Assembly: GCF_018977255.1 (NCBI RefSeq)
Contig: NW_024704742.1
Location: 15,378,001-15,442,000 of the forward strand
Reading direction: 5' to 3'
From: Callorhinchus milii
Taxonomy: Eukaryota
Length of the DNA stretch: 64,000 nucleotides
Both the position numbers and the translations under genes were made by a program. How positions within the stretch are numbered: position 1 is the first letter of the stretch; each line of letters starts with the position of its first letter. Below are positions 54,085 through 64,000 of this stretch, in pieces. The notes beneath the pieces are model-generated. The model saw only the letters and a program-made list of their open reading frames with translations, ran no database searches and was not told where the DNA came from.

Positions 54085-54250
54085 CGTCACATTGCACAAA
54101 TTACTATTTCAAACATTTCTGACTAATGAGAGCTATCATACAAAAATGAATGGGACTTCCCATTATGTTGCAAATGTACTATGCCTCACTCCTGTGTCAA
54201 AACCAATAGAGACAGAATGAACCACCACCTGGAAATGACACTTCCTGTAT
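54085..54250. promoter_or_regulatory. Intronic NF-kB / C/EBP / ETS motif cluster in TNIP3
   Basis: GGGACTTCCC 54152-54161, ATTGCACAA 54091-54099, CACTTCCTG 54239-54247; a kB-like GGGACTTTCA lies nearby at about 54444. Confidence 0.45.
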
Positions 54251-57200
54251 CTTACTAAAAGTCAATGTTCTCCCACAGAATCCTGCTGGGAACAAGAAAG
54301 GGAAGTATAACAAAACGGAAGACTAATGCACAGTCAGTCAGAGTAAGGCTATTAAGGTCAAGAAATCACACCCAACTAGCTTCCCTGTCAAAAGCAAAGT
54401 AAAGGGGCCTAATTTTCAAAATGCTGCCCCTTGTTGTTTGCTTGGGACTTTCATATTTGACGTAGATATCAACACAGTATCATAAAAATGACAGGATAGT
54501 AGGAAACAATTTGGCTGAGATGGTGCTGGCTCATCCACTGGAGCTGGGAGGGCCAAGTTGTGACCCTGGGGCTCCATGCCAATTGCATTACGTATGCCTA
54601 AAATAGTCACATTGGCCATCCCTGCACTGTTTCCCAGTCTCATCTGACAGTTTAAAATCTAGATATGGAGAGAGACTGGAGAGTCCTAACTAATAGGAGC
54701 AGGGGAAACAAAGGAGTTGGATACAGTAACTAGGCTTTGTTGTGATCGAGGTGAAGACAACAGGTCAAAAAGTTTCATGCAAGAGTCCATGCTAGTTCAC
54801 AACAGGGATGGAGATGCAAAGCAGATTCACAGCATGGATTAGGGGACGATGGGGACACGAAATGTGGTGTAAACATAGAATGAAGGCTCGCGTTACAAAA
54901 ACACTTTGCACCCATCAGAATGGGCACAGCTGTCTGCAGCCTTTCCACACATCTGTGCACAAGGGAACTTCTGTGAGTAGCAGCAATACACAGCTGATGA
55001 ACAGCTCTTCCCTGTCACAGCTGCACAGTTCTGTAAGCAGGTTATTAACATCAATTGTTTCCACACATGTACTCAAAAACAAGCTGAGCATACACAACTT
55101 CAAAGGGCTTACCACTTCGATGTATACAAAGCTCTGCAGCAGGCAACATGAATAAGTTTCTTCTTTTAAAAAGTTATAATTTGAACCAAACAAATAAAAT
55201 ATAAAGCTGTCTGAGAACCGAGACAGAGAATGACACCTACCTGTATGAGCTTTCAATGTGAGATATAAAATACAGCGATTACTGATAGAAAGAAAACTTT
55301 CAACACTTTATGTGGGTTGAGCAGCATCATCTGTGCAGCAGCATCTTGCAGATGCAACAGCAGATGACCAAGATTTGATACTATCCTTTTTTGGAGTTTC
55401 CTCTTGGCATCTTTGCATTTACCTTAACTTCTACGGAGTGACCAAAGGAGTGATCTCTGAAGAGAGGTACCAGATTATCGGGTATCACCCTGCCCACCCT
55501 GCCATACTTCACTCACAGCAGCAAGCTTTTTTTTAAAATGAATCCAGCATCATGGCCTCAACCACCCTTTCCCTGGATAAAGAAATGCTTCCTGATGTCT
55601 GTCCTGAAATTGCCCAATGCAATCTGCGGGCTTTTGTTCTGCTATCTCCGAACAACAGCAACAAATTACATTTGTATAGTGCCTTTGCACAGAGAATTCA
55701 CTCAATTCCAACATTTCATTGTCAAACATATCAACTTCAAGGAGACCCGGCCTACCTACCCACCCGCCCACCAAGGAGGATAGTCACTATTTGATCATTT
55801 GACATCGACAAGCACAGGTCTGAGCACTCACGAGGTGGATGGCAGGTACTAGGATCTCCCTGAGAACTTCTTGATGAGCAGCACAGAAATGCGTGAGAGA
55901 ATTGCCACCACCCTGTTACAAAACGCTCAGAAAAATATCCCTACCCAATGAAAGATGGTTTCACCAGTTGGAAGTGCAGAGATTGAGTAGCAGCTGCTTA
56001 AATTCTGCGTAACACTTGGTGGATTCCAAGCCCTAGATATATGAAGGTACGTTCATTTGAATAAGACTGTGAGACAGAAGTAACATTTTTTCACGATAAT
56101 GGGATTTGGATTAATTTTAATTTTCAAGTCAGAAAACATTGGGATCCACAACCCAATTGTGCTATAAAAGAATCTACTTTGTAGAGAAGAATATTATAAT
56201 GGACTTGCCCTGTATGCGCTCAAGTGCTATTTTGAAAAGGACAACAATCTGCAGTATTCCTCCAGCACTGTTACCAAAAGGAAGGAGAATGTCCCTTTAT
56301 TAATAGGATCCTTCACAGTTGATAGGGAATGTCCCCCTCTCAACCTGTCCGCTCCTTCCGCTCAGCAGGCTCTGGCCTGCTCAAGGTCTCCGAACCCAAC
56401 CCGCCCTACCATCGGCGGCCAGGCTTTCAGCCTCTCTGCCCCCACTCTTTGGAACTCCATCCCAGTCCCTTTGCCTTGCTCCTTCTCTTGCCTCCTTCAA
56501 GGCACGACTCAATACCCTCCTTGTCGACTGTGTCTTCTGCTGCCCTCCTACCTCTCTGCCCTCCCTCATCCCAACCCTTCCCTCCATGATCGAGTGCTGA
56601 TCCCTGACTATTTAGCGCCTTGAGATGTCCTCTCGACGTGAAAGGTGCTTTACAAATGTGATGTTGTTGTTGCTGTTTTTGTTATTTACTGATGCTCTTT
56701 GGTCATCATCTTAATGGACAGTTAAAAATTGTTTCAGTGTGTCCATCTACATTACATAGGTTTTGTGCATGACAACATGACAACTACTATTTGCTCTCCA
56801 TGGGTTTATGCCACAAACTCAAGTGAAATAGTAGTTCTCCGTCATGGCAAGAAGTGAGTGCTGGATTAGTATTAGAAAATAATAAACACAAACATTAAAA
56901 TAATATTTCTATCTCAGAGTTGACAGCATTAACTCTGTAAAGTGGCTTGAAGAAAAGATCAAAGCATTTGATTATACTGAAGCAGACATCTACATATGCA
57001 CACATAACTTCTACATGATTAAATACTCTCTCTTGAAATTTGCATAAAACATCTTCCAGCACTTAATTCTTGCATAATAGAAAGCTGTTCTGTAATGATA
57101 TAAATGAATAATTCTTTCATTTAATATAGCAACAAAGTGCCCAAATTCTTCACAGGTAAATTGCCACACAAACATAAAGCCATGAAATGAATTTATTAGT

Positions 57201-57562
57201 GAATTGGTTTAATGACTCATCTGGAGGACAACACCATTGACAATTAATAATTGCCTTGTTCTGTACTTAAATGTCAGTTGTCTGGACTAAAGGTGACTCA
57301 GTTATCAACTGAACCAAACTGTTATCTGAAATACAACTCATTTTCGCCCACGAACTACAGTTACTGCACTTTACAATATATCCTGTGAAGTACTTTGTGA
57401 TGTCTCGACAACTTGATAAGGAGCTCTATAAAATGTAAGGATTATTATTATTAATAAACAGCTCAAGATTCCTTGAAATGAAAAGTTTTATTCCCTATTT
57501 TACAATAAAGGGGTTCCATTTTACTGTCTGTCTGTGTTAATCATACAAATTGGTACACTCAC

Positions 57563-57634
57563 CTTCTCTATGAAGCTCTCTTCAGTGTAATTAGTTAACT
57601 GATGTGTGGAGATGATTTCAAATTCCTGTTCCAT
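57563..57634 (-). CDS. TNIP3: Putative first coding exon of TNIP3
   Basis: agtATGg (good Kozak context), MEQEFEIISTHQLTNYTEESFIEK, consensus donor AAG|GTGAGT; lies just downstream of TATA/AP-1/kB motifs. Confidence 0.6.
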
Positions 57635-57734
57635 ACTTCTGTTTTCCTTCTTGTTTTGCCCTTGTGCCTTAGGCTTTGTATCCAGAGTGTTACTTCTATT
57701 TAACACAAAAGGAGTTTGGCTTTCATGTCAGTTG

Positions 57735-57856
57735 ATATAAATATGACAAAAATAGTGAATTCACTTTTGTACTTCATCATGCTATTTTTCTTTTTAGCTC
57801 AGAAGGGAAATGCACTGACCAGCAATGAGCTGAGTCATACAAACTGGGAAAATCCC
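57735..57856 (-). promoter_or_regulatory. TNIP3: Putative TNIP3 proximal promoter (kB, AP-1, TATA-like)
   Basis: Minus-strand GGGATTTTCCC 57846-57856, TGAGTCA 57831-57837, minus-strand TATTTATAT 57735-57743. Confidence 0.55.
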
Positions 57857-57962
57857 AGGTTCGGCTACAAAATACCCATTAAATACTACAATTCACAGCA
57901 CATCCGGTGAAGCAAAAGATATATTGTCAAATGCAAGGATTATTATTATTATTATTTTATAG

Positions 57963-58280
57963 TTTATGCTGAGTTAGCTGATCTCTGTCAGAGTTCAGAA
58001 GGACGCTATAGTATAATTAGTTTCAGTGCTCCTGAACTAGAAGAGTAATGGGAAAGAATTAAGCCACAATTCCTGTTTCTCATCTCTGGTTTGCAACTTT
58101 TGCTGGAAAAAGCCACCTGTGGGTGAGTAACCAGGATGAGTTCAATATTCTGCCATTATACATCATGTAGGCTCACACAGGAAGAATAGCCACTTGAAGA
58201 GGTATGGGCTATTTGTGCCCATGGAACAATCTCCAAGCATCAGACAGCATCTTCGGAATGGGAAATGGTGGGAATAAAGG
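57963..58280 (+). mobile_element. LF-SINE-like element
   Basis: TGCTGAGTTAGCTGATCTC ... TGCTGGAAA ... TAGGCTCACACAGGAAGAATAGCCACTTG resembles the LF-SINE consensus as I recall it. Related minus-strand pieces at about 3455-3550, 9118-9230, 59130-59300 and 59740-59830. Confidence 0.55.
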
Positions 58281-60196
58281 CTTCTCTAAAAGTATTTATT
58301 ACAACAACTTACAATTATATAGCGCCCTTCACATGAGGTAGCAGCCTGGGTTTTAAATGTACTCTTCACATATGACCTTAGGTAGTATGCGCAGTGAAGA
58401 GTCTACTGATGAAAACAATAGCATCTTCACCAGTAGACCTGACTGCAATATAGGTCCATCAATTTCCTGGGATATCCCAAAGGTTACCACAGGAAGAACT
58501 AAGTTTAATTTAATGCTAATAATTTTGCCTGATGCAAAATTGTGTATTTTATAATCATTTGCCTAAAACACTTTACAATAAATCCTGTGATGTACTTTGA
58601 GACATCCTCACGATGAGAACAGCTATATTAAGTGCAAAGATTATTATTATATTGTCTAATATTCTTTTCCATAAATTCCTAAAGACAGGGATATATGGAA
58701 AAGAATATTAGACAACAACAGCAACAAAATTACATTTATAGAGCACCATTCACAATGGGAGGATGTCCCAAGGCACTGGACAATCAGTGTCTCGGACCCG
58801 AGCTAGGGGTCGGGATCGGGGAAGATGGAGGGCAGGGGCGGTAAGGAGGGTGATCGAAGGCAGAAAACAATATTTAGTAAACATTTGTTAAACCATCCTC
58901 CAATCACTAGTACCTGTACTCAGCAAAATTGCTACCATCTATGTCGTTACAGTAATCCTAAATGGGTATGTCGTAGCCTTGCATTCCACCAAATACATTC
59001 TGCCAGGATTCAACATCTTTCCTCCCTGTAATTAGACTGAAACATAGCTCCCAATCCTGATATGAATTTTCCATCATATTTTCGACTCCAATTTTTGTCT
59101 TCTACTCAAGACCAGCATTCCATGGGTACAAAAGCCTTCTGGTACATCAGCAAAGAGGCCATTCTTGTTGCATGAACTTTGAAGGGAGTGTTGGAAAGCT
59201 ATTCAATCGTAGGGAGCATCAGAGTCGAGCCCGCTCCTGTCCTCGTCTGACATAAACGCACTTGCATATTACAGCAGTTATCAGTGGATAGTGGTCAAGG
59301 CAGAGGACAAGAGATCAAAGGTTTATGGTGGAGAAGGGCAAGTTTAGGGCAGGCATCAGGTATTCTTTACATAGAGGGTAACCAAGAACTGGAATTGGTT
59401 ATTAAAAAAATTTCCCAGGACAGTGGACAATTAAGAAACAATTTGGTTGGAAAATTAGACGTGTCAGTATTCTGTATGGATGAGATCACTGAAAATTCTT
59501 TTCATCTCTTGAGTATCCAGGAGTGAGAACCCTTCCTGTATTTAATAATAATAATCCTAGTATTTAATATAGCAACTTGTCACATTTTTGATCTGTCTCA
59601 AAGCGCTTTGAAGCATATACTGTAAAGTGAATTGACTACTGTGCGGGCGAAACATGGTAGCCAATTGTGCCCAGTATTGTCCCACAAACAAATGTGGGTT
59701 GAGTGATTTGCTCCTCAGCTCAGTGGCAGTGAAGCTCGTCATAGTGCCTGGCTGAGATCAGTTAACTCAGCAAAAAATGAGGGATTGAACCTGAGACTTT
59801 CTTGCCTGTATGACTTGAGTCAATGGAAGTACTGAGTCAGATTTTGTATTGAAGGGGAACTAAAGTCCAAAATTTGCTTTGTAGTACCAGAGAAAAACAG
59901 CAGCAACACACTACTTAGTACTTGTGATCTTCTTCCGGGGCACTCTGAAGGAGTTATAAGAAGGAGCCCTAAAAGTTTAGTGGGAGCAGGAGCATTGCCC
60001 TTGCCTGACAGATAACCAAGAGTTTTTATTCCCAATATTAAAACAAATAAATGAAAGCAGATTGAAGTTTTGCACATTCGTTTTCAAAGAACTACTAGAA
60101 TAAAGAAATAAAAATAGTTCTTTCTCCTTCTAACAAAGACATGAAGAGCCGAATGTCCTTCTGTGCTGTAAATTTCTATGGTTTTGTAACACACTG

Positions 60197-60472
60197 TCTC
60201 ACTTGAGCACAATAACTGTGGCCTATCTAGGGCTATTTTGGTGATGTATAACACAGGAAAAAGCCAGTTCTCCTAAAGCCAGTTGGCCTCTGGAAATTTT
60301 AGTACACACCAATGTAATACTGCATATTTGCCAGTACTACATTTCTTTGGATTCTGTTCCCAGGCCAATTCAAAGAGCCCCTGGTAAAACCAATGGACCC
60401 ATTTGGGACACACAAAGCTATACATCACCAAAGTTGTGCTAGATGGACCACAGTTATTGTGCTCTAGTGAGA
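60197..60472. mobile_element. MITE-like element with terminal inverted repeats of about 54 bp
   Basis: TCTCACTTGAGCACAATAACTGTGG..TTTGGTGATGTATA (60197-60250) versus TATACATCACCAAA..CCACAGTTATTGTGCTCTAGTGAGA (60419-60472). Confidence 0.75.
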
Positions 60473-60726
60473 AAATATGTTTCAGAGAGAGAACATAATG
60501 GCCACTAGTGAAAGACAGGCCCTTACTGGCCATGGGATAACTAGCACCAGTGACAATTATATCACATATTGCATTTTCACCCCATAGAGCAGTGATAAGG
60601 GTGGCCATAATGGGCAGATTGACCTACAATTCTGTAAACATTTCTATGGATGGTAAGGAAGAATTACTTATAATGTTCTAGATATTAGGAGTAAAGGTGG
60701 ATGGGGGGAAGTAAAGATGAGATTAG

Positions 60727-61375
60727 AAATTTACAAAAATTAAGTGGCAGGACAGGTTGATAGAGCTGTTAAAAAAGCATATTGGAGCCTTCGCTTTATA
60801 AATAGAGCCACAGAGTACAATAAAAGCAAGGAAGTTCTGCTAAACCTTTATAAGTCACTGGTTAGGCCTCAGCTGGAGTATTTTGTTAAATTCTGGGGAC
60901 CAAACTATAGGAAGGATATCAAAGCCTTGGAGAGGGTGTAGAAGAGATTTAGCAGAATGGTACTAGGGATAAGTGACCTTAGTTATGTGGAGAGACGAGA
61001 GAAGCTGGGATGGTTCTCCTTAAAGCAGAGAAGGTTAGAGGAAGATTTAATAGAGGTCTTCAAAACTATGAAGGGTTTTGATAGAGTAGATAGGGATAAA
61101 CTGTTTCCCCTGACAGGTGGGTCGGTCCAGGGGACATAGATTCAAGGCAATTGGCAAAAGAACCAGAAGGGAGATGAGAAGACACTTTTTTCCACAGAGT
61201 TGTTACAGTCTGGAATGTACTGCCTGAGAGGGTGGTGAAAACAGACTCAATAACAATTTCAAAAGGGGATTGGATTGGTATGAGGAAAGAGCAGGGTAGT
61301 GGGACTAAAGAGCCGGCACAGGCACAATGGGCCAAATGGCCTCCTTCTGTGCTGTAATATTCTATGATTCTATGA
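60727..61375 (+). mobile_element. CR1 LINE 3' fragment, degenerate
   Basis: VKKAY..LRFINR..LYKSLVRPQLEY..KDIKALERV* and SY.ER.EKLG.FSL..RRL..DLIEVFK (CR1 ORF2 C-terminus, premature TAG at 60939); ends in TTCTATGATTCTATGA. Confidence 0.9.
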
Positions 61376-64000
61376 AAGCTTGATTATTTACAGACATCAT
61401 TGAAATTTAAATGACAAGTCTTGGGGTCACTCCTGACCAGCACTATTTTTCTATAGCACGTACTATAATCTCAGTAAAATGAAAAGCACACGAACGGCAG
61501 CTAAATATTGTTGCTGCAACATGAGTGATTGAAAACTGAGGAGATGGCTGTGGTATTGTCACTCAAGAGGAACAGGCGGTCACAGGAGATCTTAATAAGA
61601 GAATTACCTGATAGACTGAAGGAGATTATAAAGGGACTAAGGACCAGTCTTCCTTACAAACCCATAATCTAATGAAGGCTCTCGCATGATGCCATAACCC
61701 ACAATTAGAAAAAAAACTGAGCACAAATTGAATTCTTAACTTTAATCTTGTTCATTTTTAGTTGTAACATGTGTTGTTAATGTTGCTTCATACTCTTTTA
61801 CTGTATCCAATTTATATTGATATACTGCATTCTGTGTATGTACGTGGGTGGGGTGCAGTAACCTTTGTCATGGTACTTGTCTGTAAAACTGTAACAACAA
61901 CAACAACTTGGATTTATATAGTGCCCTCCATGCCGGACGGCATCTCAGAGCACTGTAAGAACACGTTCACAAGTTCTCAGGAAAGAATTTCAGTTTTATC
62001 ACTATTTCAAGCATGTGTGGAGTCAATAAAGAGCAACGCTGCTGGTTATAACAGCCATCGGATAATCTCTGGAAGGAATAATATGTTGCCTGGAAAATAC
62101 AACACTTTACAGTATTCAATCTGTAAAATAATTCCTAACTTGCTTTTTCCAGATACTTTTTGCATTTAAAACTGAATTCAACAATTTTCCAAATTCTGCA
62201 TGTTCTGAAATGCTACATTAATAAAAAAATCTACACGCGTAAAATTTCTACACAGCACACACAAAGTTCAGCATAATGTTAGGAATTTGAACTCACAGTC
62301 CAGGTTGACACTGCAGTGCAGTGGAGGGTGGGGTGCACTGATTTATGTTGTCTCCCTGGGGAAAAGTGTGCATTAGTTTTTCTCTCCAACTCTCATTTTC
62401 TCACTCATTTTCTCGTACTTACTCACTCTTTGCCTCACACAGTTACTTTCTCACACCCTCCAAGAAGTGTAATGCAAGGGATATTGTCTTGGAACTACAT
62501 GTCCTGGCAAGTCTTGCACGACCCATGTTACCCCTTCATGATGCCCTCCGGATATAGTTATTGTAGCTTGTGTGGGAGGAGCTAGGGAGTTCAGCGAGTA
62601 GGGTGTTCCAATAATCAAGCCTGGATGCAATGAAGGTGTAAATGAGAAACTCGGTAGCCAAGTGGAGAGAGGTAGTGGCAGAGAAGGGGCGATGTTGCAG
62701 AGATGAGGGAAAGCCGAACGAATGAGAATCTGGATGTAGGGTTTGGTTTGGCCCAAAGCCAACTCAAAAATGTGTTCACTGCCAGGAAATTTTGTGGTTA
62801 GTGATGGTGGAGTGGTCGCCATTGCTGTTGAACAAGGAGGCCAATGCTGTTTCACAAGAAATCAGATTAAGACAGACTCTCCCAGTCCTGATACTGTTCC
62901 CAACACATGTGGGAGGCTGATTAGAATTCCTATATGGTGGAATGTGTATCCTGGTGGATTGGCCTCAGTGAGCAGGAAGTTGTGATCAGATTCAGTGAGG
63001 CCTGGAACATTAACGTGCTAACCTTTAGTCAAAAGCCACAATCTGTGAACCGGAAGTCAAAAGCCTATCCAGCTTAGCATCTGTTGGCACCTTGTAGTGT
63101 TGGAGATAAAGGAGAAAGTATGTCTCTGCAATTTTTAATTTTAAACTGTATATTAGAACCCCAGACATGCAGAGGGCTACCAAAATAGGCTTCACGTTTA
63201 CAAATTAATATCAAACATAGCTTGCACAAAATGTAAATGTTTTTTCCCCTCTGACTAAATCACCAGCACCTGAGAACAAAATTTTATTTTATCAGTAACA
63301 ATATGAGATGGAGATCATCTCTCCTCCTACACGTTCTCCTGGATGTGCCTCTGTCAGCTGCAGGCCACAATGTTTTTCAGAAGTGTGACTTATTTTGGTT
63401 CAGTCTCATTTCCTGCTGCCACCCCAATTTTCAGCTTGTGGCACTTGCTGCACATGAATTTCGACTGTTTCTGCTAACCAGATAACCTCTTTTAATCATT
63501 CTGCCCCCGCTCTCTGGAATGGAACTCTTAACCCAGAGTCCCTCTGCCACATTCCTCCCGCCACACCCTTAAAACCCATTTTAAGAACTGTTTCACAAAA
63601 CACCCTTTTGGTCATCCTTCTCCCTATCCCCAACCCTTCTCACCTCCCCTGCCGTGCTTGGGTCCTCAGAAAGCTGTGTCAAGTGCTTTAAGATGAAAGT
63701 TTGCATTGTATTGTATTTGAATGCTTGGAATATGTAAAATACAACAATACAATTAATATTTATGCAGCAACTCACCACAAAAACAAATTATGTTTGTATA
63801 GCGCCTCACATTGGGAGGACATCTCAAAGTGGTTGACACTGCTTGCTGGGCACCCAAGCTGGTAATAGGAGCCAAGGGGTGGTGGGGGGGTGGGGGTGGG
63901 GGAGGGGTAGTTGGTGACTAATAGCATAGTTAAAGAATTGATATAGGACTTGATCAAGGGCCATCTCAAGATCAAGATTGATTTTGATGAAGAAGGCTCT

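Noticed and set aside
55235..55300. Strong minus-strand donor CAG|GTAGGT at 55239-55240 as an extra TNIP3 exon
   Set aside because: No convincing acceptor or homologous reading frame upstream. It could be an alternative UTR exon but this is unsupported without RNA data.

Overview
Vertebrate genomic DNA, AT-rich and dense in retroposons. The repeat content (tRNA-headed Deu-type SINEs with (TTA)n tails, L2 and CR1 LINE fragments, LF-SINE-like copies) points to a cartilaginous fish, possibly a holocephalan; this is inference. Two spliced protein-coding genes lie in tandem on the minus strand. (1) NDNF, neuron-derived neurotrophic factor: coding exons 13697-13887, 11478-11602 and 6159-7564 (573 aa), with a probable first exon ending at 25945 next to a CpG/CCAAT promoter at about 26.3-26.7 kb. 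(2) A TNIP/ABIN-family gene, assigned to TNIP3 by synteny with NDNF and by its C-terminus: 13 predicted exons from 57634 down to 38625 (about 422 aa), carrying AHD1 and the UBAN DFxxER motif. I reconstructed both models by hand from GT-AG junctions and codon phase. I found no prokaryote-type system or CRISPR array, and nothing I can call a new biological system. The most interesting points are: a LIR/FIR-like EFEII motif and a second degenerate UBAN-like exon in TNIP3; an NF-kB/AP-1/TATA promoter plus an intronic kB cluster; an in-frame upstream ATG in NDNF exon 1; an 800-bp C-rich (G4/R-loop) tract and a CpG-retaining domain of about 11 kb over NDNF intron 1; several palindromic MITE-like elements; and a SINE-LINE partnership visible within the window.
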